Positions 12,501-19,366 of a stretch of 49,417 nt of DNA are shown here, in pieces. Under the pieces are notes generated by a model that saw only the letters and a list, made by a program, of their open reading frames with translations, searched no databases and was not told the origin of the DNA. The DNA comes from Puniceicoccaceae bacterium. GTDB taxonomy: Bacteria; Verrucomicrobiota; Verrucomicrobiia; Opitutales; Oceanipulchritudinaceae. The position numbers and the translations under genes were made by a program. The stretch spans positions 1-49,417 of the forward strand of contig JBFOMH010000008.1 in the NCBI GenBank assembly GCA_040830765.1, read 5' to 3'. Position 1 is the first letter of the stretch. Every line of letters starts with the position of its first letter.

Positions 12501-15500
12501 GTGACTCGGGAAGGGTGATGCCAAAGACAAAGCTCGCTGCCAGTTGCGGCGTCAGTTTGAGCAAGCCATCCGTCGTTATGTTGACCAGGTCTCCCAGTCC
12601 GGCCGAGAAGTCGAGGTCCGCCACCAGGCTCTCCAGCAGATGGGTGAAGTTAACCTCAAATTCCAATTTCCCGGAAGTGGGTTCAAGGTCCATTGTGCCA
12701 AACGATGGCAGTCCGAGAACGAGGTCCTGCACGCTGCCAAATGTCGGAACGCCCAGCTCAGCCTTGATCCCTTTGAACAGTTCCCCAACGTAGCGGAAAA
12801 AGTCGATCAGCTTGTCAAAGGAAACATCCGGGAGTGTGATGTCACCGATATCCGGCAAACGCAGGTTTTTCAGGAAGGAGAAATCGACCTCGCCGAAGGC
12901 CGGGCCTTGGCCGAATTGTTCAAACCAGGCAGCCAGCGCGTCGAAGATGGCCAGCAGATCGAAACCGTCAAAGAAGGTGAAGCGGCCAAAGTCGAATGTG
13001 GAGGAACCGCCCGATCCGCTCCCGTCTGATCCGCGGCCTTCAAAATCGAACCAGTCCGTCACATCCGGGAAATCGAAAAAGGAATCGGGATCGATGCACA
13101 AGTCCGTGTCAATGCTGGTCACAAAACCGTCCATGTCATACTTGATGCTGCCAATCGTGACGGTCAGCGGCAGGTTCAGGTCAAAGCTGACGGTCCCACA
13201 ATTCACCTGCACGATATCTCCAAGTGAACCCGCGAGCATCTCGGCCACCGTCACCCGCCCATCGTCATTGGGATCGTTCAGGGTCACCTCTGTCTCAAGC
13301 TGGAAGTCAAGGATAGCCGTTGAGCTGTCCACCTCTGCCTCGAGCTGGCCAATCCGCGCCGTCAGGTCGATGGGATTGTTGTCCGGCCCGGCGGATGCAC
13401 TGGCCTGGAAACTCAACAGCGGTCGCTCGGAACTGTCCGTAAAACGGGCTGGCGAAACAAAGAAGGCTTCCGGGGAGGGCTCTTCAACGGTCAGGTCGAC
13501 ACCAAAGGAGAAGGCCAAATCAACCGCCAATTCGAGATCAATGGTTGTATCCGATTCAATATCCAGACTGATGTCCAAGGCCTCTGCCGCATCCCCAAGG
13601 TCAGGGGTGGTCTGGACGGTCCGGGTCCCCTTGAAGACAATGTTTTCAAAAACAATCTCATTCCCGGCATCGATGATGATTTCAAAATTCTTATCGACCT
13701 CCGGGATCCAGAGCATGCCGCCATGGTTGAAGGACTGGTTCTTCAAGGTCTCGATAAGCCCGAAACGTGTTGGGGCGGTTTCCCCGGAGAAGTACGCTTC
13801 CAGCGGCTTGATGAGGCTGGCATCCAGTTTGTCGTAGAGCTCAACCAGATCGTAAATGGAGCGGGCCGCCTTGGCCAGGTCACCACCGGCGTTGGTGAGT
13901 TTCTCAACCAGCCCGGGGAGATTACGGGCCAGATCGCTGGTGACCAGCCATTCAGCCAGCACGCGGACCAATGCCCGGAACCCATCCAGGATGGAGGCTT
14001 GCAGGGGCTCGGAAAGGATCTCTGTCTGCGCCGGGGGATCCATGTTGACCTGGAAGATGCCCCAGTTGGTTTGCCGGTATTCTACCCGTAATCCGGCAAT
14101 CTCATTACTTCCTCCGGCCCAGAAACGCGGATCATTAAAGTAGATGCTGGCGATCGAGGCCAGGCTGTCCTCCGCCCCGTCCCGCAGCGCTTCGAACTGT
14201 GCCCGCATAGCCGCGGAGTCATAGCCCGGGGCGTCAAGAATCAGGTCTTCAATACCCAGCAACAGCTCCTCCGCACCCTCGCCATAGGCCTCACGGGCCT
14301 GCACGGCAGTTGACCAGTCAAATCCGACCACCGTCGAATCAGCGGCAACGTAACTGTCATTCGACTTGACGACCACAAAACTGGGCCCATCAACCGTTGC
14401 GATGTAAGTCGTGGTCTGTCCACTTTCCTGAGGTGTAACAACCTTGAAGAACGGACTGAAGGTGATACCGCCACTCTGGCGGAGGTTGCCATTTCCGTCG
14501 AAGGGACTGTTGCTGATCTCAACGTTGGTGGTCCCGGTGTTATCCGGAACTTCAAAATCGATCTGCATACCGAGTTCATGGAGGTTGTCGTCATCATCCC
14601 CGGGACCATGGAGCGGCGTATCCCCACCCTGCGGCAGGCTGGCACTGCGTAGTTCCAGGTCCGGTCCGTCCACGCCGAGAAGTGCAGCTGCCCGATAGAT
14701 TATATCCACTGCCCAGTTGGTCCCCCAGTCTTCCGGCTGTTCGAAACCATCGACGCCCGGCAACACAACAAAACCATCCCGCATTTCACCATCAAACTGC
14801 TCCCACTGCGGGGCGTTGGGATCATTGAGCCAGCTGACAATTGGCCAATTGGAGGAGAAGTGCTCTTCCGTTGATGGATTTACCGGATCGAAGGAAACAA
14901 CCGCATTGAACAATCCAATCGCATGGGCTGTCCCGGTACCGATCTGACCGGATAGGACCAGTGGTGCTCCGGCTTCACTGGGAAAGCCGAGATAGTTCAG
15001 GCGCTGCTGGACGCGCAGGGTATCCAACGCACTGCTACCCGACGTTACGGCGAAGCCACCGGTCTGGGAATAGCCTTGGTCGACCGCTATGGTGAAAGGT
15101 AACTCATCCCCGCCGTTGACCTGATAAGTGCCGGTCATGAATCCCTGGAAGCCCTTTGCCTCATTGAGATCGTTCAACCCGGGGGTCGTGCTGGGTGCAA
15201 AGTAGAAGATCCCGCTGGTGGTGAAGCTTTCCGCAAATGGATTTTCCGGCTCCAGATCCGTGAACAGGGTTCCGAAAAGCTCCCCTCCCTTGAGCACAAG
15301 CCATTTGCCCTCGGTCTGCTGCTGGACCGTGTATCCGTCGATCCTGGTCAAGTTGAATACGGAACCGACCGGTTGTCCGCTGCTGACATCAACTACCAAC
15401 ACATCCCCGGTCCGCCCGGAAGTGTACACTCCGCCACCAAAGGATATGTCGTCCAGGTATACTTCCGCCTGCAGACCGGCATCACCGCCAAGCTCCGACG

Positions 15501-17811
15501 CATCGACCAGGGATACCCGGAGAGTGTAGACGCCCCCGCCGACAATCTTGTCCAGCGTGCTGTCCCGGATATCCATGCTCACGGACCGGAATTCGCTGTC
15601 CGTTTCCTCAAGCTCCTCCGTGTAGAGGAGGATGGTTTCCAATCCCTGTCCGGCGACTGGGACAAGGGTGACCTCCAGCACATCATCCCCGGCCGTGACC
15701 GTCCGCAACTGGAAATTGATCTCCGTGGCAAAGGAGGGGATGTAGAGCCAGTTGTGCGTCCGGTGATCCGAACCCGGCTTCAGGACCAGGTAATGATTCA
15801 GGCTGTCAAGGTCAAAGGCCAGGGACTCGATTAGTCCGAGCTCTTCCGGCGGTTCAACGAGTGCTGTTCCTCCACCTCCGTGATGGGACCAGCCGGGCTC
15901 GATGTTTGTCGTGTTGCTCAGGACCGGCTCCGCCGGAGGGGTCTCAAAGTCGCCATTCCCGATTGTCAACGGATCCCAGCGGGGTGTCCAGCGGACTTCC
16001 GTGAACTGTTGTTCCGTCAGTCCCAGCGTGCGCAAGGCATCAGCGGAAGGCGTTCCGTCGTCATTGACCAGTACATCCGGAGTCCAGCGATGACTCTGGG
16101 GATCAATCAAATCATCAGGCGATCCGAAGAAGACCGGATCCGGCCGGTCGGGGACACCGCTTTCACCTGCCTGTGATTTTGCCACATGGCTTAAGGCATA
16201 ACCCGTGCTTTCAAGAAATGCCGAACTGACTTCAATACCGGGTTTTTTCAAATCCTCCCCGAATTTCCCTTTGATCGTGGCTATGTAGAAATCTTCCCAG
16301 ACCCAGCTGTGGTCCCCGCTGGCCTCTTTCTCGCTCAAGGCAAAATCAACCGGCAGATAGGGGTCCATGAGGACGTTGTAGGCTCCGGGGATGGGCCGGC
16401 CGCCCGGGACACCGACACCATCCGGCACCCCGTCATCATTGAGGTCGAGGCCGCTGAAGCTGCTCGCATTCCGGGTCTGGTAGTAAACATCGGCAAAGGC
16501 AACATTGTCCCAGATGGTCGCTCCGTACCCGTCAATGATTGGAAATGTCTCGAACAGGCTGGTTCCGAATTGCGGCAATCCAACGCCCGCTTGCCCTTGC
16601 AACTCATCGATGGGAATGGATATCTGGTCAAAATCATGCGGGTCCAGCAAGGTCACCTGGTCAACAGGAACATCATAACTGGCCAGCCGCTCGATGGCCT
16701 GGCTGGTAACTGCGGACCCAAAGCTGTGGGCGATGAAGTGCAGGGGAGTATCGTTGGCTTTACCCTTTTCCGGTTCTACAAAGCCCAATCCAGCTAGCAT
16801 CGAAAAGAGGGCATCACCGGCGGCCTCGGTCCAGCCGGAGGTCGGCTCGTTTGATTCCACCGCCCAGTCATAAAGCAAAATGACGTGGCCTGACGCCTCC
16901 GCATTCTGTTCGTCTTCGGTTGGCAAGCGACTGGATGGCTCGTCCTCCTTGTAATAATCAAAGACGCCTTCCCCACCCTGGGAAGGAATATCGTAGTCAA
17001 GAATCCATGCCTTGTCGTTTTCGTGGCCGGTGATTCTGTCATAGATGGCCTCGGCTAATTTCCACATGGCATCACCGGAGGCCTTGGCGACACTTTCCAA
17101 TGCCGCCCGGATAGTCGGGGTGATGTCAGGAAATGCCTTTAAAATGAGATCGACCGTTCCCTCAAAGCCCATCTGGAATCCATGGGTAATGATGGTCACG
17201 CCGGTAATCTTGAGGCCCTTCAGGCGGGCGGCCATGTCCCCGATATTGAAAGGAACCTCATGCTCACTGAGCTGCTGGAAGGCGTCACTTGAATCCCCGG
17301 GGGTCGGTCCTGTTTGGGCCAGCTCAGCAGCCGGGGGAGCCCGGGGCTGAAGGGAGTTCTCAAGCTCCTGTAGCAGTAAACTGTCGTTTTGTTCGCCCGG
17401 GAGGCTACTGCCAGTGCCGACATTGAGGAGTGGACCATCGGATGCCTCCAACTCGGGGTAATACTCACCCTGCCTGCTGAAAAGGTACTCTGGTTCCTTG
17501 GCGGGGGCAGCCCCTGCCTCCAGGTCCGGACCATCTCCATCAGCAATTGAATCCACCGCTTCCGATGCCTCTCCCGAGCAGCTGATGGCTTCATCCTCTA
17601 AATCGAAAATCCCTCTGCCCGGCTCGTCGATGCCTGCATCCGCAAGGGGCAGCTGCCGATCATCCTCGACATGAATGGCCTCCATAGGCTCGTATTCCGT
17701 GCCATCCAAATGTGCCCCTGCGCCAGCCAATACACCCTCACCCGAAAGCAAAAGCCGGGGCTCCAGGCTCTCCAACTCAAAGGCGTTTTTTGGCACAGAT
17801 GGGGATCGCAT
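1..17811 (-). CDS. Giant (>=5937 aa, 3'-truncated by window edge) LEPR-XLL/RTX Ca-binding surface or secreted multidomain protein
   Basis: ATG at 17811, with an in-frame TGA upstream at 17835-17833, reads MRSPSVPKNAFELESLEPRLLLSG. The same frame gave sensible protein wherever I translated it, down to base 1. The ORF track lists no ORF in this frame, as expected if there is no stop before the edge. It contains GGxGxD nonapeptides (e.g. FIDGGDGNDYISGGEGNDEL at ~1321-1380), PPC-like domains, and ELWRTDGG repeats. Confidence 0.92.
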   Translation of the reverse strand, partial: MRSPSVPKNAFELESLEPRLLLSGEGVLAGAGAHLDGTEYEPMEAIHVEDDRQLPLADAGIDEPGRGIFDLEDEAISCSGEASEAVDSIADGDGPDLEAGAAPAKEPEYLFSRQGEYYPELEASDGPLLNVGTGSSLPGEQNDSLLLQELENSLQPRAPPAAELAQTGPTPGDSSDAFQQLSEHEVPFNIGDMAARLKGLKITGVTIITHGFQMGFEGTVDLILKAFPDITPTIRAALESVAKASGDAMWKLAEAIYDRITGHENDKAWILDYDIPSQGGEGVFDYYKEDEPSSRLPTEDEQNAEASGHVILLYDWAVESNEPTSGWTEAAGDALFSMLAGLGFVEPEKGKANDTPLHFIAHSFGSAVTSQAIERLASYDVPVDQVTLLDPHDFDQISIPIDELQGQAGVGLPQFGTSLFETFPIIDGYGATIWDNVAFADVYYQTRNASSFSGLDLNDDGVPDGVGVPGGRPIPGAYNVLMDPYLPVDFALSEKEASGDHSWVWEDFYIATIKGKFGEDLKKPGIEVSSAFLESTGYALSHVAKSQAGESGVPDRPDPVFFGSPDDLIDPQSHRWTPDVLVNDDGTPSADALRTLGLTEQQFTEVRWTPRWDPLTIGNGDFETPPAEPVLSNTTNIEPGWSHHGGGGTALVEPPEELGLIESLAFDLDSLNHYLVLKPGSDHRTHNWLYIPSFATEINFQLRTVTAGDDVLEVTLVPVAGQGLETILLYTEELEETDSEFRSVSMDIRDSTLDKIVGGGVYTLRVSLVDASELGGDAGLQAEVYLDDISFGGGVYTSGRTGDVLVVDVSSGQPVGSVFNLTRIDGYTVQQQTEGKWLVLKGGELFGTLFTDLEPENPFAESFTTSGIFYFAPSTTPGLNDLNEAKGFQGFMTGTYQVNGGDELPFTIAVDQGYSQTGGFAVTSGSSALDTLRVQQRLNYLGFPSEAGAPLVLSGQIGTGTAHAIGLFNAVVSFDPVNPSTEEHFSSNWPIVSWLNDPNAPQWEQFDGEMRDGFVVLPGVDGFEQPEDWGTNWAVDIIYRAAALLGVDGPDLELRSASLPQGGDTPLHGPGDDDDNLHELGMQIDFEVPDNTGTTNVEISNSPFDGNGNLRQSGGITFSPFFKVVTPQESGQTTTYIATVDGPSFVVVKSNDSYVAADSTVVGFDWSTAVQAREAYGEGAEELLLGIEDLILDAPGYDSAAMRAQFEALRDGAEDSLASIASIYFNDPRFWAGGSNEIAGLRVEYRQTNWGIFQVNMDPPAQTEILSEPLQASILDGFRALVRVLAEWLVTSDLARNLPGLVEKLTNAGGDLAKAARSIYDLVELYDKLDASLIKPLEAYFSGETAPTRFGLIETLKNQSFNHGGMLWIPEVDKNFEIIIDAGNEIVFENIVFKGTRTVQTTPDLGDAAEALDISLDIESDTTIDLELAVDLAFSFGVDLTVEEPSPEAFFVSPARFTDSSERPLLSFQASASAGPDNNPIDLTARIGQLEAEVDSSTAILDFQLETEVTLNDPNDDGRVTVAEMLAGSLGDIVQVNCGTVSFDLNLPLTVTIGSIKYDMDGFVTSIDTDLCIDPDSFFDFPDVTDWFDFEGRGSDGSGSGGSSTFDFGRFTFFDGFDLLAIFDALAAWFEQFGQGPAFGEVDFSFLKNLRLPDIGDITLPDVSFDKLIDFFRYVGELFKGIKAELGVPTFGSVQDLVLGLPSFGTMDLEPTSGKLEFEVNFTHLLESLVADLDFSAGLGDLVNITTDGLLKLTPQLAASFVFGITLPESRRNLTTSTRFEELNNGEGVQGYAEGLDDVEFRLANGAAIPFNLDRISSTGQLMNAILEGSILEFRETNYFNTLETALDLNRVTSLSRVSGLAFKSGSDEHWFKFTLESPGTSSDRFSLVGSNLSVLVLELVDESGKSVRASVGDLPAITLEDLMPGEYFLRIDGGNFGNKYEIMAQIGSGEKTDELRVGESLAIRLSGEDNNLTFIDLTEGSFPFSIVALNNSTAAAPGLGLGIVGVDDDGDGVIAGSPLLSFSLADNFFIRNFQMTASVELEATGIDALADLQFVNLGIQDGTTNPAQAIRGDGKNEAQLTVSAKDPEKEMTFGEIWKSVSEPEVDLFNVVESGQLELILPAVIRPLSLHQSLVSPDANPRIEVTWSDLFDFSTLGAELVDFPAVDNLKGLAFEKVIEALRELQDAIDGFENNDLFNQKIILLEQSINDLVDLSDQFGLIVDEIEAILIPDLLANRVASPDGGWSGNENTFTHVPGAASDLSYTLPSGTPLIAGKTYVLEFALDNRNGTAGELKLVLDNGDSETPDQEALVLASGEGEQTVRRVSVRVDGATAAIALRASADFDGTISNIRLREVGKGISTMADLERAISNALFPGLLQENPTTSGDWSLSGTTATFGAEVGFTITEGIDEPGYVPVNLQFDPLAAIDWEADTISFSINHGLSEGDELIFFRDFGSSDITGLIDGQTYRASVVDEATIKLKASDTSELIDLTNANGPGNTLLYGLNEGTSLLAGRTYFIEFDLLERNGQGGQLVLQGVLEGQEDLVLLAGGEQLPGRYKVVWQQGQDASALQILASADFSGIIDNLLVQQRSVTFEDDVLAIEFDYEKWLDEKLDEKVPLRKDVPLNLELEPLRLDALNNKPTNLVSGSGLLEVAYLIDLDFDFALNVSDPFAPEFYLRDSSSLKLGAGIKSEGLAFNVGFGGLGMFIKNGSVRLDNGTEIVTEANGQSIRPQNLATWELDLAPGIEDPANPGAAGEYHLLGDVVDNLQTTLTGQLDVSLPTFSPTESDPIGQFALSVPDLDVFFDALLAGNVEAYDPVLSPEGQFSYALPNFEAALESFLEKFENAWQSITSGWDAFLTFLETAVDEEVFGVKLPLVGDQLKDVAAFISDLRGVTDFLNDPTNADSKTQQELRRLLFEKLGPDDLNWLKDGNGDKAITIEDIVITQTADNLQIDMLLGQVLALSDLDVDFDLGLPGLGLDVDGKVQLELGFEFALSFGINKVRGFYFATDKELGPKKEPGPDNEPVPDRKNELSISLKATIPQFNANGNLVFMEVNVTDRDTLVGGDINIDLLDGGDGDGRLYLSELTNPSNKVVAANLDVNARVHLHLLTRFDSSARFPQIRTDLIIDWDFTGTEGGRDTSSVPTIQFDKVAVNAGTFINDLVGPILDEINAILDPIREPLEFITEPLPILKDLGMRISLLDIARIYGGSEYKGVIDFIEAAADLARLVDTFSAINEQNGWIEMASLQDIDFSLDGAAALDSRMVGELLPLDSLMNPIGLDGVDSKLNALLDKGAGGYLNDEDFLELRFPLFENPKLVFDLLLGRNVDLVVLDLPKFVLNFPWQLRPPIPIFPPWPVFLKLSAHVGAFADLSFGFDTAGLRTYFENGQSDPSDILDGFYIADLDARGRDRPEFGVRAGFAAAAELNIAVAAVGVGGGIFANIDLNLNDPDGDGKVRWSELERNFSVGPLYIFDVSGAITFELSAYLKIGFDTFFFGFVTIYKNKISWSQTLLDWNLPRPNTTPVLASNSGGTLTLHMGDYAARRKPGGGGKIVVNAEDGDENFRVLPGPSPDSVIVRAFGVEQTYSGVSKIQARAGKGNDSIFIDPNVIIPADLHGGSGNDELIAGGGVTRLFGGEGNDILIGGNSSDQLYGGPGFDQLTGSRGDDLLEGGENDDDIQGGPGDDILRGFGGADQLDGGLGNDLLEGGDGEDTLIGGSGDDVLRGGMGNDILVGNRGADLLEGGEGNDDLQGDENNDILVGGAGDDILSGGRDSDIIWGDDMEGSLSGNDIIWGGPGNDRLYGGFGNDLIFGGVDIRQFTTPVAGAGNDWIVGGFGSDIIYAGNDGAGSGVDTENTIFGDLEDASDPGEMPDDLVDTIYGDSGDDSIFAGLGDDQIFGLGGDDFILAGDGNDTVVAGGGRDMVYGGRGDDILYGETGGDFLIGELGNDRLDGGSGDDVLWGGSAGLGAEAFERSLERIRNGAFESDDEWALTAGSEILSNQGIARSNSSGRGALVQAIETTPGIQYTVRFDVDSIAAGEGWKLAAGRTSFVSDLDVIGVGTTEGAYAISFVASDSTTFIKLLAGNSLGAEVVFDNVSVRQQFLANPSFTADEGWIASSNSEIAGGAGIVRSSSDVSGTLWQAVTLLPGQDYELTLDVLSTSGLWSVELAALPDGTGAQVLVDWNTGTGSVQAPLTGSATTQYLILKSAPSAGAETRFGLTSLIQTTDQAFELPMRYAEMEARFPTGYAAPRIVPAAVFQNSLGGAATDGTDVINGGSGNDWIFGGGDIDVLDGGPGNDYVDGGSGNDEVFGGPGDDVIRGGANSDVLHGDEGIDHVYGDTGADFLYGDAGDESGSTLGQRLFGGGGIDSLYAWSNLALTGTEIGEETQKPGDQLIGGTGGDWLYGNLRQEILVGEGGNDYLHGDYLKGPDYIRNPDADLVGANDRLYGGTGEDQLYGGGGDDILWGGADSDWLEGQNGKDTLYGGAWIDILVLDTNFDYDNEGGNFDGHFGNETEGDVPDDNATDILQIQGTQGHDTIEIGQFAADDPRLVVQINSIFPPAGVNTDVILSDVETTRSLEVVAEWKDDNGVPLVEQFRIAGFGGDDTIGFVDGSGLLEPLDIGALASRGVTVKDFIGVIDGGPGDDVLTGTSGRDRLDGGEGSDILFGLGGDDRLWGDDGVGNPGDLDVLYAGQGNDDLIGGSGTNKLYAWSADPQGEPFGIFLRDDTGALLLDDEGNPVPEDTGLNRMIGGLQADELYGGTGLDFLYGNGGDDTLYTRDGVPFEDLEEQFDEVGEWKAYAKSTNQVWYYGGTNLDDIIRVDFVTEPGLIAEHHLITRLTENNGNFTFDAEVQLDFFATDGDGNRIWDQFDNLFGASGLGSTDAETRSTSLATAADESRKPVEDRIDALDLVNSILPPESDFLAIIIDALDGDDEVIVGPTVTKTVWIDGGPGDDYVEIASGFPILIDQTEKLELRNDSLATAYPLTYDPANPESYLPIGESTIFSRLTIDNPDDIDNYLFTLDSSLEIQPGDAILLNSLGITDLLSFRILERDGNGEWTLEVAASEDGRIELHNGTGSNLETGKEYLLQVTSDRTPTRYELHFDFLATPDAGERDQGNNNEVDAYEIANIQFVELVTGLNLSSRESADVDWFVFEIPEGLDTAGSLPGQAIILRDLDGSGLSLKLLDEFGNDVDSVSQGSVLYLTGLPAGQYFIEVTGGAGRYELATSIGPSGYQTVDLSGATIVDLSSEIEILRRDVLLGGIGNDVLIGGPYEEWIFGGEGNDVLAGGYDKQASDLLWGGPGDDIFQILPDGLPLLNDEGRGLTGDGETFVPTLVDRLDGGEGEDQVLFLGGDLDEQGRAVPDHVAIRYNTILHRYELTALVWDTANQRFLTEAAFGGDQFVQHYAFYQVTDIEQTVFDTQAGDDVVHGDPGYILNGSEWGMAPQARPQGATIASLTIFGGDGNDVLFGGAEDDFIDGGDGNDYISGGEGNDELFGGPGDDLISGNQNTPTDTYEWVLRNGLTGRNDEIPFAAFIGEVSESTAIQATFTTGDKGDWYLFKTPSELAGLSGEAALQHIRDAISVTFEDKVQDNLFKSDFYADHRIEVEAAAFDGGTVQVLENPETAPEYFLVRIRNVASFGLLGNPLVIDGPLTEDFVLFITLGNEQGTERTTTLVFVQVPDTLLGDGPNTATLSGRIDLLNNALQAAGLGDLVSAAKVYNEPSIRLSTVDGRSLEVSFGSNLIIDGTFDESGNAAWTLNDESEVNTFVELVRDIDFGSASSDPRNLTVFGEWLYFDARDGSNRELWRTDGGGPEFVKVTSLGSPAVFGEWVYFSAWEEVNGTELWRTDGGEPELVKDINPGIASSKPADLTIVGERLYFRAKDGDSGTELWLTDGGEPELVKDINPGSASSTPLDLTVFGEWLYFDALVGSNRE
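1280..7100 (-). repeat. Blocks of RTX/hemolysin-type Ca-binding nonapeptide repeats interrupted by PPC- and CBM-like domains
   Basis: Many (L/I)xGGxGxD repeats lie at roughly 1280-2030, 2930-3030, 3430-5000 and 5900-7100. Block boundaries are approximate. Confidence 0.8.
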
Positions 17812-18174
17812 GGAGAACTCAGGATAACGCGCTCATTAACCGGAAATTCTCTCCATGCCAGCCCGTGCGAATGGTTCGCCAGGCAGAACAATAGCGGAAA
17901 GTCTTAATGAACAGCATGCTCTGCAGAAGATGAAATTGGATGCACGAAAACGTGGGGTCACGTCGTCACTTTTAGGAAAATACCCCAGTATTCAAGAAAT
18001 TTATGAAAATCATAAGATCGGCTTAAACAGGGGCCTGCCAAGGGATCCATTAATTCAATCTAATACCACTGGTTCCATTGAATCTCGGCTTTCATCCATC
18101 TGGACAAATTTCCTATCTGATCCAATAGCAGAAAATCTGGATGCAGAAAACAGGAAGTTGGAAAACGTCCGCGT

Positions 18175-19329
18175 CTAGTCGATTTCCCTCAGCAATGCAT
18201 TCAGGGCCTCGGCCATGGCATCGCCGTATTCGATATCCGGCTGGCGGCCGAAGAGGTGGACCCGGGCCGATTCGGGACCGGGGGACCAGTCCACCTTGCC
18301 GTCGTCGGAAACGTCCACGGAAATGGGATCGAGCCGCCAGGGCCAGGTCTCGTAATCGCCTTGCTCAGCGCTGGCAACAAAGCGCCAGCCTTTCCCCGTC
18401 CGGGCGAGGACCCGTCCAGCTGCCATGACGAGGGAGGCCGTCGACCACATGTTGCGTTCCCCCTCGAGTATCTTCTCCCACGCGGGACCATGGCCCAGGG
18501 AATCGAGAGCCGCGAGGCCATCCGGGTCACTGGAATGGGTGAATCCGTATTCCAGATAGGCACGCAACCGCTGGGGCAGATCCTTGAAGAGGATAGCATG
18601 CGGTACCTTCCAGTAAGTACCCCGTTCGTGTTTACGGACAAAGGCACTCCGCTCGGTCCCACAGGGATACCAGTGAACCGGGAGGCGGCTGCGCATGAGG
18701 CCGACGAAGGCGTGTGTGTCCAGTCCCACGTTCCATTCCCTCTTGGGACCGCCTGTGGCTCCGGCATTGAGGACGACGGCCCGGGTTTTCTTCAACATCA
18801 GTTCGGGCTCGCGGTTGTAGGCTGCTGTGATGACGCGGGCCGAACCAACAGCTGTGATGACAACTGGCTCAATCGAATCGCGCAGGACATCTAGCAGGAG
18901 CCGGATACCGCCATCCTCATCACCCTCCTGCGGCAATGCTTCGTCCCCGGGATGTTCCAGGGGATGTATTGGTCCTGCCGCTACAGGGATATCTGTCCCC
19001 AGGATGTGGCCAATCTGTCCTACTGGAACAAAACCCGGTTCCCGGGCAATATCCCATCCTTCTGGCTTCGGGACAAGAAACCGGTGCGTTGCATCCAGAA
19101 TAACGGCCTTCAGGTCGAACTCCTTCAATGCGGCGACGGTGGCCAAGTCGAACTGGTCATCCGGATCCTGCGGCGGGTGATAAAGGTCCGTCGTGTGGAT
19201 AATGGGGATACGGGATTTCGAAGGGGCACTCATCGCTTGGGCCAAGCTGCTTGGACCGGCCAGCAAAGTCAAGAGCCCGCCCTTCAGCAGAGTGCGTCGA
19301 TGGAGATAGTCACGGTCGAGAGATGGCAT
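18175..19329 (-). CDS. Tat-exported nucleoside hydrolase-like (IU-NH fold) protein
   Basis: RRTLLK twin-arginine signal and an N-terminal acidic motif IIHTTDLYHPPQDPDDQFD; REWNV resembles the NH family EWN. Start is ATG 19329 or TTG 19335. Confidence 0.65.
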   Translation of the reverse strand: MPSLDRDYLHRRTLLKGGLLTLLAGPSSLAQAMSAPSKSRIPIIHTTDLYHPPQDPDDQFDLATVAALKEFDLKAVILDATHRFLVPKPEGWDIAREPGFVPVGQIGHILGTDIPVAAGPIHPLEHPGDEALPQEGDEDGGIRLLLDVLRDSIEPVVITAVGSARVITAAYNREPELMLKKTRAVVLNAGATGGPKREWNVGLDTHAFVGLMRSRLPVHWYPCGTERSAFVRKHERGTYWKVPHAILFKDLPQRLRAYLEYGFTHSSDPDGLAALDSLGHGPAWEKILEGERNMWSTASLVMAAGRVLARTGKGWRFVASAEQGDYETWPWRLDPISVDVSDDGKVDWSPGPESARVHLFGRQPDIEYGDAMAEALNALLREID

Positions 19330-19366
19330 CTTCAAAGAGTACCACTTCCGGCCGCGGAAAGGCAGT

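Noticed and set aside
89..17600. Long plus-strand ORFs (e.g. 7195-9024, 5731-7095, 10852-11967, 3307-4398) and short minus-strand ORFs in other frames
   Set aside because: Antisense or off-frame shadows of the giant minus-strand CDS, with no recognisable motifs.
17855..17885. GGCGAACCATTCG on the minus strand resembling the start of a c-di-GMP-I riboswitch
   Set aside because: The GAAA/GCAAA elements and the following stems do not match.
17930..17965. TGACCC upstream of the giant gene as a third ECF promoter
   Set aside because: No CGCAT box at 17-bp spacing; TGCATC occurs at only 10 bp.
17855..18178. 107-aa plus-strand ORF in the upstream region of the giant gene
   Set aside because: No recognisable motif; more likely promoter DNA.
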